Below, piece after piece: positions 22,829 to 33,482 of a stretch of DNA of 64,000 bases. Every line of letters starts with the position of its first letter. Position 1 is the first letter of the stretch. A program made the position numbers and the translations under genes. The stretch spans positions 331,838-395,837 of the forward strand of contig JBMNJG010000011.1 of NCBI GenBank assembly GCA_050951545.1, given 5' to 3'. This stretch comes from Limnochordia bacterium (lineage in GTDB: Bacteria; Bacillota; Limnochordia; DTU080). The notes under the pieces were generated by a model. It was not told the origin of the DNA, did not search any database, and worked only from the letters and a program-made list of their open reading frames with translations.

Positions 22829-23752
22829 TCATCCGGTGGTGGTTTGATCCAGCCACTTCTCACAGTCTAGGGCGGCCATGCATCCGGAGCCTGCGGCGGT
22901 GATCGCCTGCCGGTAGATCGTGTCTTGCACGTCTCCCGCTGCAAACACTCCAGGCACACTGGTACGGGTTCGGTCGGTGACAGCTATGTAGCCGTTTACC
23001 AGATCGAGCTGACCTTCAAAGAGCTTTGTGTTGGGGGTATGGCCAATCGCCAGGAAGACGCCCTCGCAAGCAAGATGGCGCAGCTTCTGGGACTCTAGAT
23101 CTCTCAGCATGACTCCGGTCACGTGGCCTTTGTCTGGGTCAAGAATCTCTTGGACCACGCTGTTCCAGGCAAAATGGATCTTTTCGTTGCGCATAGCCCG
23201 ATCCTGCAGGACCTTGCTCGCGCGCAGCTGGCTGCGGCGATGGATGATGGTTACGCTTGAGGCGAAGCGGGTCAAGAAGAGCGCTTCCTCCAAAGCAGAA
23301 TCGCCACCGCCCACTACGACGATCGGCTTGTCCCGAAAGAAGGCTCCGTCGCACGTAGCACAGGTCGACACTCCTCTGCCGAGCAGGGCCCGCTCACTTT
23401 CGAGGCCAAGCAGTCTGGCCGAAGCACCTGTGGCGATGATGACTGCCTGGGACTGGTAGCGATTCCGTTCTGTAGTGATTTCATAGGGGCGCTTTTTGAG
23501 GTCGATGCCTATCGCACTCTCGGGCAGGCACGTAGCGCCAAAACGAATAGCCTGCTGCTTCATAGCAGCCATCAGATCCCAGGCGTCAACACCCTCGGGA
23601 AAGCCTGGAAAGTTCTCTATGGTGGTCGTGAGGGTAAGCTGTCCCCCGGGCTGATGACCTTCGAGGACAATTGGCTCCAGGTTAGCTCGAGCGGTGTACA
23701 ATGCGGCTGTGAGACCAGCGGGGCCCGAGCCTAAGATAATCACTTGGGACAA
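22829..23752 (-). CDS. trxB: Thioredoxin reductase
   Basis: GSGPAG, ENFPGF, CATCDG, GGGDSALEEA, HRR, FAAGDV, RQAITAAGSG. Confidence 0.95.
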   Translation of the reverse strand: MSQVIILGSGPAGLTAALYTARANLEPIVLEGHQPGGQLTLTTTIENFPGFPEGVDAWDLMAAMKQQAIRFGATCLPESAIGIDLKKRPYEITTERNRYQSQAVIIATGASARLLGLESERALLGRGVSTCATCDGAFFRDKPIVVVGGGDSALEEALFLTRFASSVTIIHRRSQLRASKVLQDRAMRNEKIHFAWNSVVQEILDPDKGHVTGVMLRDLESQKLRHLACEGVFLAIGHTPNTKLFEGQLDLVNGYIAVTDRTRTSVPGVFAAGDVQDTIYRQAITAAGSGCMAALDCEKWLDQTTTG

Positions 23753-24050
23753 TGCGGCACCTCTCTATAGCATAATGTGACGTTGTGCGGGCATGTCGCC
23801 GGCTGCTCTCAGTATTCGCCACTTATGACAAGAGCTTCCTACCGATGTGTACGTTACGGCGAACACCTGCTGCAGCGCCTCGATTACCACGTGTGGTTGG
23901 CCGCCGACACGCGTACTCCTACGGACGTTTTCTACGCTGCATCATCGATAATCCAATATATCGTGTTGGGGGGGAGGGTGCAAGCGCTTGGACAACGTAC
24001 CGCTACTGCCGCCTTGTCGTAGGATGCTCGAGAGGCCAAGAAGGGGAAGG

Positions 24051-25205
24051 GTGGAACCAATGGCTTTGGCTGTTCCAAATGGCGGGGTCTTGGTTGACTG
24101 CGAGCTCAAGGGAGAGGCGGCGTTACAGGCGGCGGAAAAGGCACAGGGGTTGCGGGAGGTAGAGCTTGGCTCTTGCGCTGTCTCTGATCTGCTGATGATG
24201 GCCACCGGGGTGTTGAGCCCACTGTGTGGTTTCATGGATCGCCTGCAGTACGAAGCAGTGGTCGAGAGCATGCGCCTTCCCAGTAGTGAACTGTTGGGGC
24301 TACCTGTGACGCTACCCATACGCCAGAATGAGGCGGAAGGACTACGCCTTGGTGAGGAAGTTGCGCTCGTGAGTGCTGGTACTGCTCTCGGGCTCATGCG
24401 CATTGAAGACATCTACTCCTATGACAAGCGGCGCGAAGCACTTGCGGTTTTCGGAACTCAGGATGTGGCTCATCCGGGTGTCGCTCGTCTGTTGCGACAG
24501 CCTGACATGCTTGTTGGAGGACCTGTAACGCTTTTTCGGCGGCCACACTCGCCGTTTGCGGTCTATGAGAAGACGCCGAAGGAGCTGAGGAACGAGTTCG
24601 AGCTGCGGGGTTGGCAGAGCGTTGTCGGTTTCCAGACCCGCAACCCGATTCATCGGGCGCACGAGTACATCCAGAAATGTGCTCTGGAGATGGTAGATGG
24701 GTTGTTGCTGCATCCACTCGTTGGCGAGACGAAACCCGATGACATTAGCCCAGCCGTTCGCTTTCGAAGCTATGAGGTGATGCTGGCCGATTACTATCCC
24801 GTTCACAGGGTCATACTGGCCGCTTTTCCAGCAGCGATGCGCTATGCAGGTCCTCGTGAGGCTATCTTTCATGCCATGTGCAGACGCAACTATGGATGCA
24901 CTCACTTCATTGTAGGCAGGGATCACGCGGGCGTGGGCAGCTACTATGGTACCTATGCCGCTCAACAGATCTTCTCCCAGTTCCAACCAGCAGAGTTGGG
25001 CATTCAGCCATTGATGTTTGAGCATGCGTTCTTCTGCCACCTCTGCAACCAGATGGGTAGCCTCAAGACTTGCCCGCATTCCACTGATCATCACGTCAGC
25101 CTCAGCGGCAGCAAAGTACGAGCCATGCTCCAGGCCAATCAGGCACCACCGCCTGAGATCACCAGACCGGAAGTAGCCGCGGTACTAATGGCGGCCGATG
25201 GGTAG
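24051..25205 (+). CDS. sat: Sulfate adenylyltransferase (Sat-type ATP sulfurylase)
   Basis: SPLCGFM, FQTRNPIHRAHEY, MRYAGPREA, GRDHAG, CxxC..CPH Zn site, SGSKVR; start GTG 24051 or ATG 24060. Confidence 0.95.
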   Translation: MEPMALAVPNGGVLVDCELKGEAALQAAEKAQGLREVELGSCAVSDLLMMATGVLSPLCGFMDRLQYEAVVESMRLPSSELLGLPVTLPIRQNEAEGLRLGEEVALVSAGTALGLMRIEDIYSYDKRREALAVFGTQDVAHPGVARLLRQPDMLVGGPVTLFRRPHSPFAVYEKTPKELRNEFELRGWQSVVGFQTRNPIHRAHEYIQKCALEMVDGLLLHPLVGETKPDDISPAVRFRSYEVMLADYYPVHRVILAAFPAAMRYAGPREAIFHAMCRRNYGCTHFIVGRDHAGVGSYYGTYAAQQIFSQFQPAELGIQPLMFEHAFFCHLCNQMGSLKTCPHSTDHHVSLSGSKVRAMLQANQAPPPEITRPEVAAVLMAADG

Positions 25206-25220
25206 GGTGATAGGGGGGAT

Positions 25221-25757
25221 ATGTGCTCCTTGTCTAACCTCATGATCTCTCGCACGCTGCTGAACGAGATGGTGACACACTGCCGGAGGGAGCTACCCCA
25301 CGAAGCCTGTGGGCTGCTAGCAGGCAAGGGGACACGAGTAACGGTGGTCATGCCCATGCCCAATGCAGCGGTTGATCCTGAACACCACTATGTTGTGGAC
25401 AGCGTGGCCCAAAGGCAGGCCTTTCGCCTCATGGATGACAAAAAATGGGAGTTCGTAGGTGTCTACCACTCCCATCCGAGGGGCGCTGCTGTACCGTCGA
25501 CAACCGATATCCGCCAGTCACTCTACTGCCATGTCGTTCATGTGATTGTGAGCTTGCGCTGGAGTGATGCTGTAGTAAGGGCGTATCGGCTGATACGGGA
25601 ATCTGAGCGTTACGTCCGTGTGGGCGTTGATATCGCATTGCCAAGCAGCGCGTCGCGCACCCGACCCCCGCGAACAAGAACCTTGCGTCGCTCTCAGGCG
25701 GGTGATACACTTGATGCGAATAGATGGCGAGACTGGCATGTGGACGGCAGGAGGTAG
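25221..25757 (+). CDS. JAB/MPN+ (JAMM, M67) metalloprotease, Mec/HcyD-like
   Basis: PHEACGLLAG and YHSHPxxxAxPSxxD JAMM motif. Confidence 0.88.
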   Translation: MCSLSNLMISRTLLNEMVTHCRRELPHEACGLLAGKGTRVTVVMPMPNAAVDPEHHYVVDSVAQRQAFRLMDDKKWEFVGVYHSHPRGAAVPSTTDIRQSLYCHVVHVIVSLRWSDAVVRAYRLIRESERYVRVGVDIALPSSASRTRPPRTRTLRRSQAGDTLDANRWRDWHVDGRR

Positions 25758-25760
25758 CTG

Positions 25761-26357
25761 TTGGCAGGTTCTTCATCCACAGACATCGTGTTGGCCTCTG
25801 GGTCACCGCGTCGTCGAGAGCTACTAATGTCCATCGGGTTGTCCTTTCGAGTGATTGTCCCGCAAGTTTCCGAAGCGCAGTATGCGTGTGGTGATCCGGT
25901 TGATATGGCGCGGAAACTGGCTCAAGCTAAGGCGGATGCGGTGTCTCGGCTGGTGCCAGAAGCTATTGTCATAGCCGCCGACACTTTGGTGGTGCATCAG
26001 GGGGTTGTACTAGGCAAACCCCGCGATCCTGAGCATGCCCGACGTATGCTAGCTGCCCTGAGCGGCCATCGCCATCATGTGATTACCGGGGTGGCAATTG
26101 CCATAGGAAGGGATTCACACAGACTCTTGGTGGATCACGAAGTGACCGTGGTTCAATTTCGTACTCTGCGCAGCTCCGAGATAGAGGCCTATGTGGCAAG
26201 CGGCGAGCCAGCAGACAAGGCAGGGGCCTATGGCATTCAGGGATTGGCAAGCCTGTTTGTGACGCGTATCGAGGGCTGCTACTTCAATGTGGTTGGTCTG
26301 CCGCTGGCGAAGCTGTCTGTGATGCTGGCGGTGTGTGGGATAGATGTGCTATCCTAA
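25761..26357 (+). CDS. maf: Maf nucleoside triphosphate pyrophosphatase
   Basis: LASGSPRRRELL, ADT, GKP, DKAGAYGIQG, NVVGLP. Confidence 0.95.
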   Translation: MAGSSSTDIVLASGSPRRRELLMSIGLSFRVIVPQVSEAQYACGDPVDMARKLAQAKADAVSRLVPEAIVIAADTLVVHQGVVLGKPRDPEHARRMLAALSGHRHHVITGVAIAIGRDSHRLLVDHEVTVVQFRTLRSSEIEAYVASGEPADKAGAYGIQGLASLFVTRIEGCYFNVVGLPLAKLSVMLAVCGIDVLS

Positions 26358-26402
26358 CAAGGGTACGTGTCCGTGAGGGTATACGGAAGGTGAGCTGTGT
26401 CC

Positions 26403-27092
26403 ATGGGGACCACCATCGGATGTATGCCCAGAGTGGAAAGACCGAGGGAACGTCTCTTGGCGCATGGGCCACAGGCCCTAAGTAGTCGAGAGCTCTTGGC
26501 GCTGGTTTTGAACACTGGTATCGCAGAACGCTCCAGCTTGGATTTGGCGGATGAGATGCTGGTTCGTTGGCGAGATCTGCGTAAGCTTGCCGATGCTAGT
26601 GTTGAAGAGATCGCCCAAATTCGGGGTGTGGGTCCCGCCAAAGCAGTAAGGCTACTGGCAGCCCTGGAGCTAGGCAGGCGGCTGCTATTGCAGACGGGGG
26701 AGCAGCGCCCCCAGATTCGCTGCGCCGCAGATGTCGCTGCCCTGAGCCTGGCCAAAATGCGTGATCTTCCACGGGAGGAGTTTGTGGCGTTCTTGTTGGA
26801 TACCAAGCATCGGGTGATTGAGGCGAAGACTATATCTGTAGGGCATCTTAGCGCCTCCTTAGTACATCCTAGGGAGCTGTTTCGTGAAGGTGTCCGTCGT
26901 AGTGCTGCAGCTATGATCTTGGCTCATAACCATCCCAGTGGAGATCCGGAGCCCAGCAATGAGGATGTGCGTCTGACCCATCGCCTGCAACAGGCAGGAA
27001 AGCTGTTGGGGATTACTGTGTTGGACCACGTCGTTATAGGCGATAATAGGTATGTGAGTTTGCGAGAACGGGGCCTGTGCGAAGAGCTATGA
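26403..27092 (+). CDS. radC: RadC family JAB-domain protein
   Basis: [43 protein letters not shown]. Confidence 0.95.
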   Translation: MGTTIGCMPRVERPRERLLAHGPQALSSRELLALVLNTGIAERSSLDLADEMLVRWRDLRKLADASVEEIAQIRGVGPAKAVRLLAALELGRRLLLQTGEQRPQIRCAADVAALSLAKMRDLPREEFVAFLLDTKHRVIEAKTISVGHLSASLVHPRELFREGVRRSAAAMILAHNHPSGDPEPSNEDVRLTHRLQQAGKLLGITVLDHVVIGDNRYVSLRERGLCEEL

Positions 27093-27118
27093 TGTGGCGA
27101 AAGGGTGCAATCAGCGGA

Positions 27119-28147
27119 ATGCTCGAGCGGTTCTCGCGCGACATGGGTATCGACCTCGGTACTGCTAACACCCTTGTCTATGTGAAAGGGCGAGGCGTGG
27201 TTGTCTGCGAGCCCTCGGTAGTGGCCATGGCTAGCCAAAGTAATGAAGTGCTTGCGGTTGGCGAAGAGGCCAAAAGGATGGTGGGGCGGACTCCGGGAAA
27301 CATCATAGCGGTACGCCCCTTAAAAGATGGGGTCATAGCAGATTTTGATGTCACAGAGCGCATGTTGCGCCACTTCATGAATAGAGCTGTCAAGCGCAGG
27401 GGCTTTATCCGTCCGCGGGTGCTCGTGGGCGTGCCTTCAGGAGTCACCGAAGTGGAGAAGCGGGCAGTTATTGATGCGACGCTCTCTGCGGGTGCCAAGG
27501 ACGCGCGGCTAATCGAAGAGCCGATGGCCGCAGCGATCGGTGCTGGCCTGCCAGTGCAAGAGCCTACTGGCAACATGATCGTGGATATCGGCGGCGGCAC
27601 GACTGAGGTGGCTGTGATTTCGTTGGGGGGTATCGTCTCGCACCGTTCGATTCGGGTGGCCGGTGATGAGATGGACGAAGCTATTGTGCAGCACGTGCGT
27701 CGGGCCTACAATCTTCTGATTGGTGAACGTACCGCAGAAGAGATCAAGACCGTTATTGGGGCGGCCAACGGTCAGACAGAAGGGCGTACCATGGAGGTGC
27801 GCGGTCGCGATCTGGTAACGGGACTGCCGAAGACAGTCACGGTCACAGATGACGAGGTGCGCGACGCCTTGGCTGAGCCCGTGACAGCGATTATCGAGGC
27901 TGTACGGATGACCCTGGAGCGCACTCCGCCGGAACTCGCCGCAGATATCATGGATCGCGGTATTGTTCTGGCAGGGGGTGGAGCTTTGCTGCGGGGTATC
28001 GATCGACTGCTAGGGGAAGAGACGGGGATGCCAGTGCATATCGCTGAGGATCCAGTCAGTTCTGTGGCTTTGGGCACAGGTATTGCGCTTGAGCACTATG
28101 ACGTCATGCAGCGAGTTTTACTCAATCCTCGTCGGCAGAGCCGGTAG
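27119..28147 (+). CDS. mreB: Rod shape-determining protein MreB
   Basis: [50 protein letters not shown]. Confidence 0.97.
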   Translation: MLERFSRDMGIDLGTANTLVYVKGRGVVVCEPSVVAMASQSNEVLAVGEEAKRMVGRTPGNIIAVRPLKDGVIADFDVTERMLRHFMNRAVKRRGFIRPRVLVGVPSGVTEVEKRAVIDATLSAGAKDARLIEEPMAAAIGAGLPVQEPTGNMIVDIGGGTTEVAVISLGGIVSHRSIRVAGDEMDEAIVQHVRRAYNLLIGERTAEEIKTVIGAANGQTEGRTMEVRGRDLVTGLPKTVTVTDDEVRDALAEPVTAIIEAVRMTLERTPPELAADIMDRGIVLAGGGALLRGIDRLLGEETGMPVHIAEDPVSSVALGTGIALEHYDVMQRVLLNPRRQSR

Positions 28148-28978
28148 TTGTATGAGGTGTGGCAGGTGGGCCCCAAACGATGGCGCTGGGCTGCCTTGGT
28201 CCCTCTTTTTCTGATTATCGCGGGCGTCATTTTTCTGACGGTTGGCCAGCGAGACTCGCTTAGCTGGCCGGAATGGGCCCTACGTGAGGCACTGGCCCCG
28301 CTGCAAAGCGGGGTTAGCCGTGCTTACAGAATGGTAGCGAACGGCGTGGAAGGTCTTTTCGGGCTGACCGGTCTTGCACAGGAGAACGAGAGTCTGCGCC
28401 AGGAAGTGGAGCAACTGCGTGCGGAACGCATGGAGTTACTCGAAGCACAGCGCGAAAACGAAGGGCTGCGACATGTGCTGCAGCTTGCTCGTGACACACG
28501 TTCTCAGGTAGTGGTAGCTGAAGTTATTGCTCGCACACCAAATAACTGGTTTAACACCTTGACCGTTGGAAAGGGGACAGTGCATGGTCTCAGGAAAGGT
28601 ATGGCTGTTGTGACCCCGGAAGGGGTGGTAGGGCATATCCGTTCCGCGACAAGTCATACCGCCGAGGTACTTCTGATCCTTGATCAGAGGTCAGCGTTGG
28701 GGGCTCGCATACACCGGACTAGTGAGGTAGCGTTGGTGGAAGGGTTGGGCGGCTCCGGTGAAGGACGGGCTCTGGTAAAGCCATTGTCGCGCGAAACTGA
28801 CATCCGCAAAGGTGATCTCGTTATCACCTCGGGACTGTCCGAGATCTACCCAAAAGGTCTTACTGTCGGTGTCATCGAGCAGACTCTTGAAGGTCAGTAT
28901 GGGCTCACGCGCTACGGGGTACTCAAGCCAGCCGTCGATTTCGGGCGTCTGGAGTGGGTGGCTGTGCTTTCGCGGTGA
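28148..28978 (+). CDS. mreC: Rod shape-determining protein MreC
   Basis: TM + coiled coil (ENESLR..ENEGLR) + beta domain (GDLVITSGL, YPKGL); after mreB; start may be GTG 28166. Confidence 0.9.
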   Translation: MYEVWQVGPKRWRWAALVPLFLIIAGVIFLTVGQRDSLSWPEWALREALAPLQSGVSRAYRMVANGVEGLFGLTGLAQENESLRQEVEQLRAERMELLEAQRENEGLRHVLQLARDTRSQVVVAEVIARTPNNWFNTLTVGKGTVHGLRKGMAVVTPEGVVGHIRSATSHTAEVLLILDQRSALGARIHRTSEVALVEGLGGSGEGRALVKPLSRETDIRKGDLVITSGLSEIYPKGLTVGVIEQTLEGQYGLTRYGVLKPAVDFGRLEWVAVLSR

Positions 28979-29004
28979 CCCGGACTTCAATAGGAGAGTG
29001 TACT

Positions 29005-29505
29005 GTGCCAGCGGTTAGAGTGCTGTGCGTTATCATCGGGGCAATGCTGTTGGGAGTGCTGATGCAGTCCACGGTTCTTGCTGCCTGGGCTCCTCGATTT
29101 CGGCTAGATCTGGTCACGGCCATGGCCACTGCGTTTGGCCTCGTCGCTGGCCCTCTTGCCGGAGGCGTGGCAGGCCTTGTTGGGGGGCTGCTCGGAGACA
29201 TGCTCACTGGTCGTCTTGTGGGTCTGGGGATGTTGACCCATGCCGTCGTCGGCCTGCTCAGCGGTCTTCTGGGGAGACGGCTCTTTAGCGAGAATCTGTT
29301 GGTACCCTTTGGAGCGGGAGCGCTACTCACATGCCTGGAGCAGACATTTTACCTACTGGGCGCGAAAGCTTTTGGGGTGGTTATTCCCTTCGGGAAGAGT
29401 CTGGCACACTTTGTGTTGCCTTCCTTATGGTATAATGGTGTGTTGACCGCCCTGTGCTTCATGCTGGTACACAAAGCGAGTAACCACCTGACTAGCAGCG
29501 AGTGA
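29005..29505 (+). CDS. mreD: Rod shape-determining protein MreD
   Basis: Hydrophobic, GLLGDML..G motif, between mreC and PBP2; GTG after AGGAG. Confidence 0.85.
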   Translation: MPAVRVLCVIIGAMLLGVLMQSTVLAAWAPRFRLDLVTAMATAFGLVAGPLAGGVAGLVGGLLGDMLTGRLVGLGMLTHAVVGLLSGLLGRRLFSENLLVPFGAGALLTCLEQTFYLLGAKAFGVVIPFGKSLAHFVLPSLWYNGVLTALCFMLVHKASNHLTSSE

Positions 29506-29531
29506 GTCGCGGGCGGTAAGGGGGCTCAGCA

Positions 29532-31367
29532 GTGTCCGACCGTGACCTTGGTGTTCGTCTCAAGACCATGGGGGCGATTCTTGTCGTCTTGTTCGCTCTG
29601 TTGGCCACCCGCCTTTGGTATCTGCAGGTGGTTAGAGGCGAACAGTATGCGGCTCTCGCGGATGGCAACCGCATTCGGGTAGTGCCTATCCGGGCTCCCC
29701 GTGGGGGCATCTTCGACCGCCAGGAGAGGGCCATCGTAAACAATCGCTTTTCCTACACCGTTTCCGTGGTGCCCCTCGGTCTCCCAGCCGAAGCCAGACC
29801 CCGGGTCTTGGAACTGCTGGCCCGTATCATAAAGATGCCAGTGGAGGAGATCGAACGCATCCTTGATGAAGAGAGTGGTCCATACCCTTATGAGCCAGTG
29901 CGGCTTAAGCGTGATGTGAGTCCAGCGACAGTTATTGCTCTGGAGGAGCAACGGATGGATCTGCCTGGTGTTCTCGTTGAAGAGGAGTGGACTCGAGAGT
30001 ATGTTCACAAGGATCTAGCCAGCCAGACTTTGGGCTATCTCGGCGCAGTAGATCGAGAAGATTTGAAGAAAGGCTACAAACCCACTGACCTGATCGGGAA
30101 GACAGGGCTGGAGAAGACCTATGAAGAGTTTCTGCGTGGGGAGGACGGCCAGCGTCGCGTGGAGGTCAACGCTTTGAGTCGGCCTTTGCGGGAGCTGTCC
30201 ACCATCGACCCCGTACCCGGCTACGATCTGCATCTGACCCTTGATCTCGGTCTGCAAGAAGCTGCTGAGAAGGCAATGCGCACCCATCTGGCCAAGCTTG
30301 CGAAAAGCAGTGCCCGGCGGGCCGGAGCGGGTGCTGTGGTGGCTCTGGATCCGCGAAGTGGAGAGATACTGGCTCTGGTAAGCCAGCCCGGTTACGACCC
30401 CAATATGTTCCTGAGCGAGGATCGCAGTAACTACTACAGGAAGATTCTTGCGAATCCGCATAAGCCTCTTCTGAATAGGGCCTTGTTGGACTATCCTCCC
30501 GGTTCCGCGTTCAAACCCTTTACAGGATTGACGGCTCTGGATGCGGGTTCTTTAGGGCCCAATGAAGTGTACAACGCTACGGGCTACGGCAAGTATGGCA
30601 AGCGCGATTGGACATTGCGTTCGAGACCTCCGCAAAGACCTGCGGGTAGAGTGACTATCGTGGGAGCGCTCGCTCGTTCGGCGAACGATTTCTTCTGGAA
30701 TATTGCTCTTCGCTCGGGTACGGGGGGGGTCGATGCCATAGCCCGTATGGCTCGGTCTTTTGGTTTTGGCCAGCCTACAGGCCTGAGAATCTCACCGACA
30801 GAACGTAGTGGTCTGATCCCTGACAAAGAGTGGAAGGGCAAGACCTACCGTCAGCCGTGGTATGAGGCAGAGACGATGGACGTGGCCATTGGTCAGGGGT
30901 TCGTCAAAGTGACCCCCCTGCAACTGGCGGTGGCCTACATGGGCATAGCCAATAGTGGTGAAATCTACCGTCCCTACCTCGTCAAACGGGTGATGACGCC
31001 AGAAGGGCAGGTGGTGGTAGATGCCGCACCACAGCTAGCTCGGCGGGTCAAGACGGACGCGGCCAATTGGGCAGCGGTCATAGAAGGTCTGAAAGCGGTG
31101 GCTCAGTGGCCAAATGGCACGGCAGCTGGTTCTTTTCGCAGCGCGAAGTATGATCCGGCTGGCAAGACAGGCTCAGCTCAAACAACAATTGGACAGCCAG
31201 CACATGCCTGGTTCGCAGGTTTTGCTCCAGCGAGTGCTCCCGAAATCGTGGTGGTAGTCTTTGCCGAGTTTGCGGAGGGGGGCTCGTCAGCTGCAGCTCC
31301 GATTGCCAGGCAGGTGATGGATGCGTACTTTAGGATGAAGTCCGAAAGAACAGCGAAAGCATCTTGA
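29532..31367 (+). CDS. mrdA: Penicillin-binding protein 2 (class B)
   Basis: RLWYLQV, APRG, GKTGLEK, PGSAFK (SxxK), SAN, AIGQG, KTG. Confidence 0.93.
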   Translation: MSDRDLGVRLKTMGAILVVLFALLATRLWYLQVVRGEQYAALADGNRIRVVPIRAPRGGIFDRQERAIVNNRFSYTVSVVPLGLPAEARPRVLELLARIIKMPVEEIERILDEESGPYPYEPVRLKRDVSPATVIALEEQRMDLPGVLVEEEWTREYVHKDLASQTLGYLGAVDREDLKKGYKPTDLIGKTGLEKTYEEFLRGEDGQRRVEVNALSRPLRELSTIDPVPGYDLHLTLDLGLQEAAEKAMRTHLAKLAKSSARRAGAGAVVALDPRSGEILALVSQPGYDPNMFLSEDRSNYYRKILANPHKPLLNRALLDYPPGSAFKPFTGLTALDAGSLGPNEVYNATGYGKYGKRDWTLRSRPPQRPAGRVTIVGALARSANDFFWNIALRSGTGGVDAIARMARSFGFGQPTGLRISPTERSGLIPDKEWKGKTYRQPWYEAETMDVAIGQGFVKVTPLQLAVAYMGIANSGEIYRPYLVKRVMTPEGQVVVDAAPQLARRVKTDAANWAAVIEGLKAVAQWPNGTAAGSFRSAKYDPAGKTGSAQTTIGQPAHAWFAGFAPASAPEIVVVVFAEFAEGGSSAAAPIARQVMDAYFRMKSERTAKAS

Positions 31368-31443
31368 GCAACGCTGTGCCCATAACTTCATTAAAGGGAA
31401 CGTGCTCTCCCTGGAGAAACAGGTATAGCAGATCGTTGGGGAA

Positions 31444-32097
31444 GTGGACGGTGACACGGTGATTGCTCGCGAGAGCGTAGTGCTCAAGGGGGGGCGCTAC
31501 GGTGTGTCCATAGTTATCAGGGATGGAGCGGATTTTGCCACTGTCATTGCGGAGCTGCGTCGGAAGTTGGGTCCTGCGCGCAGCTTTTTTGGCAATGCAC
31601 CGGTGCGTGTAGATCCGGGTAGCACGGCTCTGGCGCCCGAAGAGCGTCAGATACTGGAGGCTACCTTGCACGAGTTCGGCATACGCATTGACGATACGGA
31701 GGAACCTGAACGGCCCTCCATGCGCGGAGTCGTAGCAGCCAAGGCGGCTGCGGAGCAGCAGGAAGATAGTCACACGCTGCTGCATAAGCGGACACTGCGT
31801 TCTGGACAGCGAATCGACTATGACGGTAATGTCGTGGTATTCGGTGATGTGAACCCAGGCGCGGTCATTGTATGCACTGGGGATATCGTGGTCTTTGGTA
31901 CCCTGCGAGGTATGGCGCATGCTGGGGCGCAGGGCAATGTGCGTGCGATCGTCGCTGCGTTCAGGCTCGAGCCAACTCAACTGCGCATAGCTCACATCAT
32001 ATCCAGGGCACCTGATGATGATGAAGGGCACCCTTCGGTACCGGAGGTGGCGCTTGTCAGGGATGAATCCATTATTATTGAGGCCTTTTCCTCATAG
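31444..32097 (+). CDS. minC: Septum site-determining protein MinC
   Basis: TLRSGQ, GDVNPGA, GTLRGMAHAG, PTQLRIA. Confidence 0.93.
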   Translation: MDGDTVIARESVVLKGGRYGVSIVIRDGADFATVIAELRRKLGPARSFFGNAPVRVDPGSTALAPEERQILEATLHEFGIRIDDTEEPERPSMRGVVAAKAAAEQQEDSHTLLHKRTLRSGQRIDYDGNVVVFGDVNPGAVIVCTGDIVVFGTLRGMAHAGAQGNVRAIVAAFRLEPTQLRIAHIISRAPDDDEGHPSVPEVALVRDESIIIEAFSS

Positions 32098-32210
32098 ATT
32101 TCGCGTTGGGGTACCACAGCTTCGCGGGGGAGGTTCGAAGCGTGTCTGGGCGTGTGACCGACAGCAACAGCGGAGAAGGCTGTGCAAGTAAGACGAGAGC
32201 TACCGCTGAT

Positions 32211-33050
32211 ATGGTTATGAGTGATGTTCCCGAAAGGGGACACGGCGCATCTGGGCGTGTGATTGTCATCACTAGCGGTAAGGGCGGGGTCGGCAAGACT
32301 ACTGCTACCGCGAACATTGGTACTGGTCTCGCTCGTGCTGGCAAACGGGTGTGTATGTTGGATGCCGATGTGGGCCTGCGCAACCTGGATGTGATCATTG
32401 GGTTAGAGAACAGAATCGTCTATGACGTCGTGGAGGTCATAGAGGGTACATGCAAGCTGCGCAGCGCGTTGATCAAGGATAAGCGAATTGAAAACCTGTA
32501 TCTTCTGCCTGCTGCACAGACTCGCGACAAAGATGCGATAGATCCTGAGCAGTTCAGAGAGGTCTGTCTGCAGTTGGCCAAGGATTTCGACTTTGTGGTC
32601 GTGGACTCTCCGGCAGGGATTGAGCAGGGCTTTCGCAATGCCATAGCTGGTGCAGACGAGGCGATCGTGGTCACCACTCCAGAGGTCTCTGCTGTGCGCG
32701 ACGCGGATCGTATCACAGGCATGTTAGAGGCGCATGAGCTTTACGGTCCCAGGCTGATCATCAACCGTGTACGACCGGAGATGGTACGGCGGGGAGATAT
32801 GATGGACATGAAGGATGTCATTGAGATTCTAGCTATCGAGTTGCTCGGTGTCATTCCGGATGATCCTTCCATTATCGTGGCGGCTAACAAAGGCGAACCC
32901 GTGGTTCTCGACCATCGGTCGCGAGCTGGCATGGCTTACGACAATATTGTGCGGCGGATTCTGGGTGAGGACGTACCGCTGATGAACTTGCAGCAAGAGG
33001 GTCTCTTGGAGCGGCTGCGCCGTTGGATTCCAAACAGAAAGGCAAACTAG
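32211..33050 (+). CDS. minD: Septum site-determining ATPase MinD
   Basis: TSGKGGVGKTT, DADVGLRNLD, DSPAGIEQGF, PEVSAVRDADR; start approximate. Confidence 0.96.
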   Translation: MVMSDVPERGHGASGRVIVITSGKGGVGKTTATANIGTGLARAGKRVCMLDADVGLRNLDVIIGLENRIVYDVVEVIEGTCKLRSALIKDKRIENLYLLPAAQTRDKDAIDPEQFREVCLQLAKDFDFVVVDSPAGIEQGFRNAIAGADEAIVVTTPEVSAVRDADRITGMLEAHELYGPRLIINRVRPEMVRRGDMMDMKDVIEILAIELLGVIPDDPSIIVAANKGEPVVLDHRSRAGMAYDNIVRRILGEDVPLMNLQQEGLLERLRRWIPNRKAN

Positions 33051-33079
33051 CGCAGTCGGACGCAGACGGAGGGAGCAAA

Positions 33080-33361
33080 ATGCTGGATTTCCTTGCAAGA
33101 CTGTTTGGCAGGGACGAGCCGAGTGGTAAACAAGCCAAGGAGCGGCTGCGTCTGGTGCTTGTTCATGATCGCGCCAGCATCTCGCCTCACCTGTTGGACA
33201 TGCTGCGAGTCGATCTTATTGAGGTGCTCTCGAAGTATGTCGAGATTGATGAGAGCGCGCTTGAGGTTAGCTTGGAGAAAGAAAGCGACGCGATGGCTTT
33301 AGTGGCCAACATTCCGATTCGGCGTCTGAAGTCGTCACCTGCCGCGCGGCCTGCCCACTGA
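33080..33361 (+). CDS. minE: Cell division topological specificity factor MinE
   Basis: AKERLRLVLVHDR, LVANIPI; ATG after GGAGG. Confidence 0.95.
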   Translation: MLDFLARLFGRDEPSGKQAKERLRLVLVHDRASISPHLLDMLRVDLIEVLSKYVEIDESALEVSLEKESDAMALVANIPIRRLKSSPAARPAH

Positions 33362-33442
33362 GGTGACAGCCGCAGATAGAGAAGATGGGCCCGTGAGTTC
33401 AGGCGGCCCACTTGATCATTGCTGGTCCAGCAATGGCTTGCA

Positions 33443-33471
33443 TCATACCACTCGACTTCCCTCCATATAGT
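33443..33471 (+). promoter_or_regulatory. Putative sigma-E (mother-cell sporulation) promoter
   Basis: TCATACC-14 nt-CATATAGT matches the SigE consensus; upstream of the spoIVF-like genes. Confidence 0.6.
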
Positions 33472-33482
33472 CTAGCAGTGAG

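Noticed and set aside
26403-27092. radC as a marker of a mobile or anti-restriction element
   Set aside because: Full-length chromosomal RadC in the canonical maf-radC-mreBCD context
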